The notes under the pieces were generated by a model, which worked only from the letters and a program-made list of their open reading frames with translations, did not search any database and was not told the DNA's origin. A DNA stretch of 64,000 nt from the NCBI GenBank assembly GCA_964419945.1, contig CAYQRU010000001.1:29441-93440 (forward strand). The letters run 5' to 3'. The position numbers and the translations under genes were made by a program. Source of the DNA: an uncultured Bacteroidales bacterium (GTDB taxonomy: Bacteria > Bacteroidota > Bacteroidia > Bacteroidales > JAAYJT01). Positions 10,501 to 22,500 of the stretch are shown here, one piece after another (within the stretch, counting starts at the first letter, position 1; every line of letters starts with the position of its first letter).

Positions 10501-13500
10501 CCATCACCTACCAGTGGCAGGATAGTATTGCCGGAGGAGCCTGGAACAATATTGCTGACGCATTTAATGCCACATACCAGCCACCGGCGCTCAGTGAGAC
10601 GACATGGTATCGCCGGTTAGCCATCAATGGCAGCGAAACACTTCCCGGCAACGAAATTCAGATTACCATCAGCTATCTTGCCGGCGACCCGGCTATTTTT
10701 GGTGAAAATCTCTGGAATATTTATGCTTACAATGGCAATGATATCAATTTGGGCAGCGCTGTGTACCGTGGTTTTTATTCGGTTGGAAGCGTGAATGTAG
10801 ATACCCGCCACCAATGGGATCAAAACGCTTCACCATCATCGGCAGCTGGCTATGAGGGCTGCCTGGTGAATAATGACAATTTTACCTTTGTAATGAAGCG
10901 CCAGGGTTTTGCTGAAGGTTATTACCTGATGAATATTCCGGCACATGATGATGGTATCAGGGTGTATGTGAACGGGCAGATTGTGTTTGAACACCTGAGT
11001 TGTTGCGACAGCCACTTCAATATTCCGTTAGGAAATCTGGATGCAACCTCTACTGTTGAGATCAGGTGTACTGAAGTCAGCGGACCGGGTTATGCAGCCG
11101 TTGAGTTCCTTTTGAATCCGATTATTCTAAATTACAGAAGCAAAGCTTCCGGCAACTGGAGTGCTGCATCCACCTGGGAAGTATCGGATGGCGGACCCTG
11201 GACTGACGCAACACAAGCTCCCACAGATGCAAATGGAACCATTACCATCCGGGCTGATCACACTGTAACCATAAACAGTTCTGTAACAGCCGACCAGATT
11301 ACCGTGGAAACAGATGGCGTTCTGATGATCAATTCAACATTAACCTTGGGATATGCTCCCGGCGATGACCTCGTGGTTAATGGTACTTTGATTTTGGAAT
11401 CTGCTACCATACAGGGTACAGGATCCGTGGTGATAACTGCCGCGGGAGTCGCTAACCTTAATGGGGGTGGGACCAAGAATCTGAATGCTTCGTTTATCAA
11501 CAACGGCGTCTTTAACTGGAACGGCGGAACCATCGGCTACAACAATGTTCTGACCAACAACGGTACGATGAATATCAACGGAAATAATGATATTCAATCC
11601 TGGTTCAACAACCTGTTCTTTGTCAACACCGGAACCATCATTAAAAGCAGTTCAGGGACAACCCGCTTTCTGTATATGAATGTTCAGAACAACGGTACAT
11701 ATATACTTAATGCCGGTACCCTCAGGCTTGAACCAGGCGGGCAGTTCCAGAACAATGGTTTGCTGACGCTTAACAATTCCACACTTTCAAACGGTGGTTA
11801 CACTTTTAGTCATAACGAAGGCGCTACAATAGCTGGAACAGGTAATTTTACCACCTCCGGTATCACCCTGAATGCATCGCTGGTGGTAGCCGAAGGAATT
11901 ACCTTCAGTTCCACCGGAAATATTGAGGGTAGCGGAAGCCTGACAATCAACAATGATTTATCCATCCAGTACAATATAACCGGCAGCGGAAGCCTCACCA
12001 TCAATGGTAATATTACATGGATCAGTGGAACTATCAACCGGCCTTTAACTATTAATGAGGGCCGAACCATGACTGCTAACGGTGGTAATGATAAAAACCA
12101 TAACGCACCCATCGTCAACAACGGAACCATTAACTGGCAGGATGGAAGGCTGCTGCAATCGGCCACGATCACCAACAACGGCGTTTTCAACATTAACGGC
12201 GGTAACATATACCAGCGTTGGTTTGCCGAAGTGTTCTTCGTAAATAACGGAACCCTTGTTAAAAACAGCGCCGGCACCAATACTTTTGACTATATGTATG
12301 TGCAGAATAATCCCACCGGCACGATCAAGGGAATTGGAACCATCAACTTTACCAATGGATTCCAGTTTATCAGCAACGGAACCATTGCACCCGGAACTTC
12401 GCCGGGGATCCTCAACATCAACAATGCCCAACCCTTATCTGTCAACAGCATACTGGAAATTGAAATGAACAGCGGCAGTGGACCCGGAACCGGGCACTCA
12501 CAACTGCAACGCAGCGGTAACCTAACGCTTGGTGGAACACTCAGAGTCATCGAAACCGGCAGTGTTCCAAACGGGACTTACATCATCATACAGCTTACTT
12601 CCGGATCCATTTCAGGAAATTTCTCAACTGTCGAACTACCGGCAGGCTACGAACTCATGCTCAGCTCCACCACTGTTGCCGTATCGCGTAATGCTCCCTC
12701 CATTGCATGTCCCACCGACAGGATTGTCAATGCTCCTGCCGGACAATGCAGCACGGTTGTAAACAATATTGATCCGGCTGTTGAGCTGGGTCAGGACTAC
12801 ACCTATACCCTCAGCGGTGCTACCACCGGATCAGGAAATGGTTCGGCAAGCGGATTATCATTCAATGCAGGTGTTACCACAGTTTCCTATGCACTGACCG
12901 GAAATCCGGGTGAAAGCTGCTTATTCACGGTAATGGTGAATACGAATGTTGTTCCTGCGGTCAGCATCAGCGCCAGTGCCAATAATATCTGTCCCGGAAC
13001 CACGGTTACATTCACTGCATTTCCAACTTTGGGCGGAATCCCATCGTATCAGTGGAAAGTTAACGGCCAGCCCGTTGGAACCAACAGCAACCAGTTTGAA
13101 TCGAATACCTTGGTCAACAATGATGTTGTAACGGTTGAAATGACCTCTTCACTTTTCTGTGCGAATCCTTCAGTTGTTACATCCAATACTGTAGGAATGG
13201 TTGTAAACCAGGTAGTTACTCCATCGGTGAGTATCAGCATCCCTTCAACAGAAGTATGTCAGGGTGCGAATGCAGTATTTTCTGCTACACCTGAAAATGG
13301 CGGAAATCCTTCATATCAGTGGAAACTCAACGAGATTAACGTGGGAGAAAATAGTCCGGTTTTCGTCTCCAACAGCCTGTCTGATGGTGACGTCGTGCAT
13401 GTGGTGATGACCTCCTCCCTGCTATGTGTAACCCAACCTACCGCCACATCCAACGCTATCACCGTAAGCATCATTCCACCTGTTGCTGCATCGGTCAGCA

Positions 13501-16500
13501 TTCAGGCTTCTGATAATGCCATCTGTGCCGGAACCGAAGTTGTCTTCACTGCCTCACCAGTGAACGGGGGCAGTAATCCATCCTATCAGTGGCGCATCAA
13601 TGGACAGCCTGTCGGATTAAACAGTCCGGTATTTGCTTCGGCTAACTTTCAGAACGGCGACCTCATTAGCGTTGTGATGACTTCAGATATTCAATGTGCG
13701 GTAAATCCAATCTTTTCGAATGTCATTCAAATGACTGTGTACCCCTTGCCTGTTGTTACCATAAGCGGTTCTACACTCATCTGCTCCGGAAATCCTGTGG
13801 TTCTTACCGCAACCCAGGGTGCATCCTATCTTTGGAGTAATGGCGCTACAACGCAAAACATCAGTGTTTCCCAGCCCGGTTTGTACTCGGTAGTCGTAAA
13901 CAGCGTGAATGGCTGTGAAGGATCGGCACAAGTAAATGTAAGCCTTGGACCTCAAGATGTTACTGCATTCAGTCTTTTAACACCGACCGATAATTCATTT
14001 GGTGTTCAGGAACCTGTATTTTTCTCCTGGGAACCATCGGACAATGTTGCGGTATATGACTTTTACCTGTGGCGAACCAACCAGCAAAAGCCTGATAATC
14101 CGACAGTTGCCGAACTGACCGGAAACAGCTATACCTACCCCGACTACCTGAATAAGAACTTCATGTACAACTGGCAGGTAGTTGCTCGAAATTCCTGTTC
14201 GGAGTTTCAGAGTGCCATTGGTACTTTCTCATTCCAGGTATTTACTGACCTTGAGGTTTCCATCGTTAGCAGCCCGGCAACAGCATTCGCAGGAGAAACC
14301 AAATCGGTGAGCTTCACGGTTACCAATACCGGCAGCGTGGGTACCGGAATCATTCCCTGGCGTGATGATGTAATCATTTCACAGTCAGCGGTTTTCAATC
14401 CGACAACAGCTACCAGGCTTACCTCAGCCAATAATATACAGTCGCTGGCTCCGGGGCAGAGCTATACCCGGACTATAAATTTCACATTACCGGTCAATAT
14501 CGAAGGTGATTACTATGTCTATATCAGGATTGACGCTACCAACACCATACCCGAAACTGATGAAACCAACAATGTGGTTCGTCCTGAAGAACCTATGGTC
14601 GTGAACTTACCTCCTTTACCTGATATTGCAGCGAGCGATGTGCAGTCTTTATCAGGAACCATCATCCCCGGGCAGAATCTTACGGTCGGATGGAATGTTG
14701 AAAACATAGGTAATGCTACTGCTGCTGGAGGCTGGAGCCAGAGGGTTGCTGTGATTTCAGGGCAGCAAACTTTGGTGCTTGGATTTTTGTCCTATAACGG
14801 CGCATTGGAAGCCGGAGCAATTTTATCGCAAAGCAGCAGTTTCCAGGTGCCACAATTTCCCTCAGCAGAAGGAGATGTTTATTTGCAGGTTCGTCTGATC
14901 CCCAATTCGGCTCTGGTCGAACGACCCAATGCTACAGCCAACAACACAGCGCTTTCGGATCAGACCATAGTTTTCGAAAAACGCCTGAGCCTGACACCTG
15001 CACAGCACAGCCTGCCCGAAAATTCGACCAGTCCGATGCAGGTGATGGTTTACAGAAGCGGAAACCGTGATGAGGCCTTAACTGTAAACCTGAACGTTTC
15101 GCAATCCGGTCGCATGAACCTTCCCGCATCGGTGGTCATTCCTGCCAGTCAGGCGGGTGCTCCGTTCCACATCACAGCCATTGATAATGCGCTAATAGAT
15201 GGCGATATAGCACTCGACATCACAGCCTCTGCCACCGGCTTCCCGTCTGCTTCAACCAGCCTGACCATTGTGGATGATGAAATTCCTTCAATCAGCGTTT
15301 CGGTCAGCCCCGCTGAAGCAACCGAAGGTGAGACTTTCCAACTCACTGCAACCCGAAACCTTGTTACACAAAGCCCACTTACAGTAAGCCTGTTCACAAC
15401 CAAATCTCATCAGATTACATTGCCTGCAGGCGTCGTAATTCCGGCAGGTGAGAGTGCTGCCAGCCTCGATGTCCCGGTGGTGGACAACAATATTCCTGAA
15501 GTTACTGATAATGTTACGATTACAGCTTCGGCAACCGGGTTCATACCGGCACAGACCAACATCACCATCCTTGATGATGACATACCCCAGATAACGTTGT
15601 CCATCAATCCCGCTACGATCTCCGAAGGAGGCGGCCCACACGCTTCCTGGGGAGTAGTGCAGCTGGTGCAACCGGTCAATACACCCATACAGGTTCATAT
15701 CAGCACCAATGTTGCGAACCAGGTGTTTTTCCCGGCAATGATAACCATTCCTCAGGGTCAGATTCAACAGCAGTTCAACATAGGGGCGATTGATAACAGC
15801 ATCCTTGATGGGAGCAGGACTATTGTGATCACCGCATCTGTGTTTATTTCATCCTGCGGTTGCAGTGCGTCGGCCTCATCAGGTGGAGTTTCATCGCAAT
15901 CGCTTACCATACTCGACAACGATGGCCCGACGCTTTCCGCAGCGGTGAATCCGTTTGTGGTTCCTGAAAATCAAAGCAATGCAGGCATCCTGACCATTAC
16001 CCGCAATACATTGGGGGGAAGTGCCATTACCGTGAGCATCCAGAACAACCGTCCCGATGAGATTGAAATTCAAAACGAGGCGGTTATTCCCGAAGGTGCT
16101 ACCTCTGTGGACGTTTCCTTTAACACCCTCGATGATGGTATTGAAGATGGCCAGCAGATTGTTTCTCTCACTGTTTCGGCAGCAGCTTATGCTTCAGGCT
16201 CTTGCTGGGTAATGGTTAGCGACCGCAATTTGCCGGATTATGTAGCTAAGAATCTTATCATTTCGGGCAATTCAGTATATCTGAACCAGGCTCTCAACAT
16301 CAGTTTTGAGGTAACCAACCAGGGATTTGCCCTTGCAGCTGCAGGAGCTGAAGTGAAAATCTTCCTTTCAAAAGATCAAACCATTGACAACAACGACACG
16401 GTTCTGCTCACGCAACTTACTGTATCACCGTTAAACATCGGGCAATCATTTGCAGTGTCGCACAATTTCATACCCATAAATACTGTAGGAAACTACTTCG

Positions 16501-19500
16501 TGATTGCATCCATTAATGCCAATGGTGCCCGAAATGAGTTGATTTCAATCAACAACACCACCAATGCTGTACCGGTTACCATTCTGCCCGATTATACAGC
16601 CACTGCATCGGTTAACGGCGATGTTTTCAATGGAACTACTCCCATAACCATTAACGGGGTTACGCAAATGGTCAATCGCGCTCCGGCTCCCAATAAACCT
16701 GTGGAGGTTTATATTGTGGTGAACGGAGCAAGGCGCACCCTTAACGCAACCAGCAATGCCAACGGACAATTTTCTGTAAGTTTCGTTCCGCTCAACGGCG
16801 AAGCCGGTGATTATCATGTGGGTGCCTGCTACCCGGGGCAGGGACTGAACGAAGTACAGGACACTTTTGTGATTCTTGGCGCCAGACATACAGTCACTGA
16901 TTTCATTGTTTGGGACATATTTGTAGATCAGCCCCAATCGTTTACGCTCGAAATAGCAAACGCAAGCAGCCTTCCTGTCAGCAATGTTCAGTTGCAGGTG
17001 TTGTCGGCACCTGCCGGATGTAATATTGAGTTTACTCCCATAGGAAATCTTACTGGCAATTCAGTGGCCACATTGAATTATACAATTACCGCCTCAGCGA
17101 TCACACCCGGAAACAGATACCGCGAAGTGAGTCTGATGCTTACAACCGCAGAAGGAACACAATTCAGGTTCAGTACCTGGTTTTTCAGCAGGGCAACCAA
17201 AGGCAACATGAAGGTTGAACCTGTTTCACTCAATGCAGGAATGGTAGTGGGAACCTCAAACATTGTGGAGTTTGGAATATTGAACAATGGCATGGCCGCC
17301 ACAGGTGATATAAATGTGTTGTTACCGGAATTAGGCTGGATGAGCCTGCTGAGTCCCGCTGTGATTCCTTCACTGCAACCCGGACAGTCTTCAGTTGTTA
17401 CACTGCGGCTCACTCCGGGCAGTGATCTGCAACTGAACAATCCTATTTCTGGCCAGATTGTACTCACTGCATCAAATGCCAACAGTGTTCCCGTGCCATT
17501 CGTGTTTGAACCCATATCGGTTGAAACCGGCGACCTGCTGGTGGATGTGGTGAACGAATACACTTACAATACCGTTGCTGCTCCCCACCTGGCAGGTGCT
17601 TCAGTCAGAGTACTGCACCCCTATACAGGGCAGGTCATTGCACAAGGCACCACCAACCAGGACGGTCATTTCCTGGTTCAGGGCATCAACGAAGGATTTT
17701 ATACCCTGCGGGTGAGTGCTGACCGCCACAGCAGTTATGATAACAACATTTTTGTCAGAAAGGGCCAGGTAAATCTTGAGGTGGTGTTCCTCGCTTTCCA
17801 GGCCATCACTTACTCCTGGAATGTGGTTCCTACCATGATTCAGGATGAATACTCCATTAACCTTGTGGCAACATTTGAAACGAATGTACCAGCACCAGTT
17901 GTAACCATCAATATGCCGGACACCCTTCCTCAACTAAATTTTGGCCAGACTTTCCCGTTCATCGTGACTTTAACCAATCATGGTTTGATCCGTGCCAGTG
18001 ATGTACAGTTGAAATTGCCGGAAGATGCTGAATATGAATTCTTTGCCAATGTTAACCTCATTGATATTCTGCCCAATACCTCTGTTCAGATTCCGGTATT
18101 GATGCAACGCCGTCAGGTTCAAACGTTAAGCCGTGAAACAAAATGTCGCGATTTTGCCATTGTAAGCTTCAAGTTTGAATGCGGACCCGACGATCAGATG
18201 CGGGTAGTCGTTGATGAAGTTTATTACCAGGGCAGGGTCTGTTATGATGTTACATCTCATACCCTGGACCTACCCTGTTTTAATTGCGATATCGGATATG
18301 GACCGGGTGGTGATGGAGGTTCTTATTATTTTCCATTCAAAATACCAACAGCACCCTACCAAAAGAAAAAGCAAGGGTGTGATCCCTGCCTTGCCGATTT
18401 TCTTAATGCAGCCCTCGATTGCTCGCCGGCTCCGAATGTATTTCTGGTTGCCGGTAAAAGCCTTGTCACAGGTGGAAAAGATTCATCAGTTCCTAATTTG
18501 ATTGATCCAGCTATAAAAGAAGTTGTTGATAAGTTGGTATGTGCCTTCAAACTTGGGCATTCTGTTGGTTGTAAGCTCAATAAGGAGTTCTTCGGCGGTG
18601 ATCCTCCCTTGCCACTGAATGTGCTGGCTGCACCACCTGAATTTCTACGCGCTTTTGATGATCTGGAGATGTTTGTAAGAAGCGCATTCGCGGTTAAAAA
18701 CTCAGCGGAAGAAGTATATGGTCAGGCTCTGTTCAATGCGCAGGACTTCGATGTTTTGCATGGCTCATTCCTGGCCAACATTCAGCAGTTATTGCCTGTT
18801 GATCCAATCCAGCAGAACGAATTGACTGACCTGTTGTCACAATCCGATATCAGTCAGGCGCTACTAACCGGGTTTATCAACCGATGGAATACCAGCCTCG
18901 AAGCCTGGGGGCAAAATATCTTTACTCCCAATCCTCAGTACCCGGGTATTATCAACAAAGAATTGCTCGACGAATACGGACTGTCTTTTGATACAGTGGT
19001 GAATTATACTGTGCAGAGGGGCCTGGAATATATTACTGATCTGTTCAATATCTCCTTTGACTTCATGAATGAATATGCCGACCAGGATCGCAGTTCGGTT
19101 TGTGCTACGGTTACCGTTCAGTTTTCGCAACGCCTGACCATGACCCGCGAAGCATTTGAAGGGACACTCACCATTTTCAACGGTCATGGTTCTGATCCGA
19201 TGCAGAATATTTTGCTGGATCTCGAAATCCGTGATGAAAATGGGGTGCTGAGCAATGAATTATTCCAGGTAGAAACTAAATCACTGAATCAGCTATCCGG
19301 AATAGATGGCAACGGCACTTTGAACGCACAGGTTGAAGGATCAGCAGTCATTCAGTTCATTCCCGAACGTGGTGCTGCACCGCTTTCTCCGAAGTATTAT
19401 TCTTTTGGCGGGACCTTGTCATACCTTGACCCATTCACCAATACAATTTATGAACAGAAGCTTTTCCCGGTAACCCTTCAGGTCAATCCCAGTCCCGATT

Positions 19501-22500
19501 TGTATATTAATTACTTCATGCAACGCGATATTTATGGAGATGATGCCCTTACCGAACCCATTGAACCTATGATCCCTGCTGAACTGGCAGTGATGATTGA
19601 AAATCGTGGATTTGGGACCGCTTTTGCTGTGAACATCGAATCAGCTCAACCCCAGATCATCGAAAATGAGAAAGGCGTGCTGATTGATTTTGAGATTATT
19701 GGTTCGAGCCTGAGCGGACAGCCCAGACAACTCGGATTGCTCAATGTGGACTTTGGTGATATTCCTGGTGGTGAGATCCGGGTTGGGCAGTGGTGGTTTA
19801 CCAGCACGCTGCTTGGTCATTTTATCTCTTATGAGGTAGAGGTGAACCATCTCAACAGCTTTGGCAATCCCGATCTGAGCCTGGTGAGTGAGGTGAAAGT
19901 TCATGAACTTATTAAAGGGGTAAGGGTTTACGGTACCCAGGATGATAGCATTGGCGACTTCCTGGTCAATGACATACCAGATTCGGGCGATATTCCTGAT
20001 GCGCTTTATTACTCCAATGGTACAGTAGCTCAGGTATTCCAGGCCGTTTCTTCTTCAGTTGATGGACAGGTAAGCCTCAATGACATTGAAATTCAGCTTA
20101 CTGTAAATCCATTTGTTTCGGGATGGAATTATACCCGGCTCAACGATCCCGGCAACGGCTTGTACCGGATTGTGAGTTGCACACGTCAGGATGGACAGGT
20201 TATCCCACTCGACAACATTTGGCTCACCTATGTTACCATTCCTGATGGCGGCGAACCAATCTACGAAAACAAACTTCATTTCCTTGATATTTTCAGCAGT
20301 ACTGATCCGGTAAGCTATACAATTGTTTTTGAAGCCATTGACCAAAACTTCCCGGAGGTTCTTTCCATCAACGGCTTGCCTGCCAGTGGTGTTACTGACA
20401 CCCCGATTACCAATCTCGAAGTTGTTTTCAACAAACCGATTGATCCAGGCACTTTCGACTACCAGGATATCACACTTAGAAACCAGGGAGGCGCTAACCT
20501 TGCTGACTCAACCTTAACAATAACCCAGGTCAATGCAACAACGTTTGATGTGGATATTTCATCAAAAACAACTGCCAACGGATTCTTCACCTTTACGGTT
20601 CAAACCGCAGGCATTGCCGATCTGATCGGAAACTTCGGACAGGTGGGTAAACAGGTTTCGTGGATACAATCCATCAATACGCCGGCTATTATTTTCTTCT
20701 CCGGGCTTCCGGAAATTCCCGGCCCACCAATTGACGAACTAACTGTAATGTTCAACATGCCTATCAATCCGGCAACGTTTACGACCAATCAGTTGGTTCT
20801 CACCGATTCTGAAAATAATCTCATTTCCACAGCATCCCTTGTGATTACAACAGAGAGTCCCAACAATAATCTGTTCCGCATCAGTGGGCTACTTGCTCTT
20901 TCGGGAGTTGATGGCGCCTATGGCCTCACCTTCAAACTAACCGAAATAGTCGGAGAAACCGGTCTGACCGGCTTTATGGATCAAACCGTATCCTGGATGG
21001 TGTGCCAGATACCTGCTCCACAAGCAAATGCAGGACCTGATGCAGCAATCTGTCAGGGAACTTCTTATCAACTTAACGGAAGTTTAAGCAATGCCGGATC
21101 ATTCTTATGGAGCACTTCCGGCACCGGTACTTTTGACAACAACCTGGTACTTGATCCGGTTTACACCCCGAGCCAGTCAGACATTCTGAATGGTTTTGTA
21201 AACCTTACACTGACAGTTCAGGCTCTGCATCCCTGTGCACCTTCAGCAACCGATGTGTTGAAGCTAACATTTATTCCGGCAAATAATAATTCAGTAAGTA
21301 TCATTTCAACAGCATATTATTTGTGTTCAGGTACTCTTGTAAAATTCACTGCTACGCCCTCTAACGGAGGAGCTGTCCCGGTATACCAGTGGAAGGTCAA
21401 CGGACAAAATGCCGGAACCAATGGATCTGTTTTTGAAACATATGATCTGATGCCCGGCGATCAGGTATGGGTGGAAATGACTTCATCGCTTGCTTGCCCT
21501 GCACCGGCTACAGCAGTATCCAATGTCATAGCTCCTACTATCCAGTTAACGCTTGTTCCCGAAGTGAGCATCACGGCTACTGATACCGTTATTGTTGAGG
21601 GAACGATGGTTACATTTACAGCAACGTACGACAACGGTGGTGAGTTTCCAACATTTATCTGGATGTTGAACGATATTCCTGCAATAGCGGACCTTCCTGT
21701 ATTCTCCAGCAACAATCTTCAGAACGGTGACCAGATACATGTGTTACTGTATTCGGATTATGAATGTGCTCTGAACCCGGCTGTTTCCAATATCATACAA
21801 ATGACGGTTCAACCTGATACAACAGTCAGATGCCCCGGGCTTGTGGTTGCTTCAATACATCAGCCACCGTTTGCATTAACAGGTGGTTTACCTGTTGGAG
21901 GCATATACAGCGGCATCGGGGTTACGGGCAATGTTTTCGATCCGGCAGTGGCAGGCCTGGGTGAAAAAATCATCACCTATACCTATACCAATCCTGAAAC
22001 CAATTACACCAAGAATTGTACATTTGTGCTCGCCGTGAATGACCTGCCTCTCACGCAGTTGGTTCAGGATTTGATTGTTACGCAAGATTATGACACATGC
22101 TTTGCAGCTATGCAAAGCATTACGATCGCGGGCAACGGAACTTCAGTTGTTGTTGAACCTGAAGGTTCGCTTCATGTCGCTGCAGCACAAAATATTCTTA
22201 TTAAAGATGGTACATGGGTGATGCCAGGTGCTCATGCGCATTTCAGGATCGAAAAAGGAAATAATTTCTGCATAAATCCAACGCCGGTTGTTGCTGTGGT
22301 TGACTCTGTTCCTTCTGACAAATCTCCGGCCAAGAATCAGCTAAGTGCAGCAACTTTGAGTGATCAGGAAATGTTCAAGATTTATCCAAATCCTACAAAT
22401 GGGCGGTTTAATCTTGAAATTACCGGTTCAACCGGGTCTGTTATCGTTGAAATATTCAAAGCAACCGGCGAACTGGTGTTCGAACGGAAACTACTGAGTG

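Noticed and set aside
15288-15767. Long antisense ORFs inside the giant genes. Examples are 15288-15767, 17078-17563, 33635-34084, 44314-44760, 11810-12280 and 5268-5711 on the minus strand, and 30431-30913 on the plus strand.
   Set aside because: All are fully embedded in much longer sense ORFs with clear domain content. Their products are low-complexity or Cys/Arg-rich with no motifs. Such shadow ORFs are expected opposite long repeat-rich coding regions.
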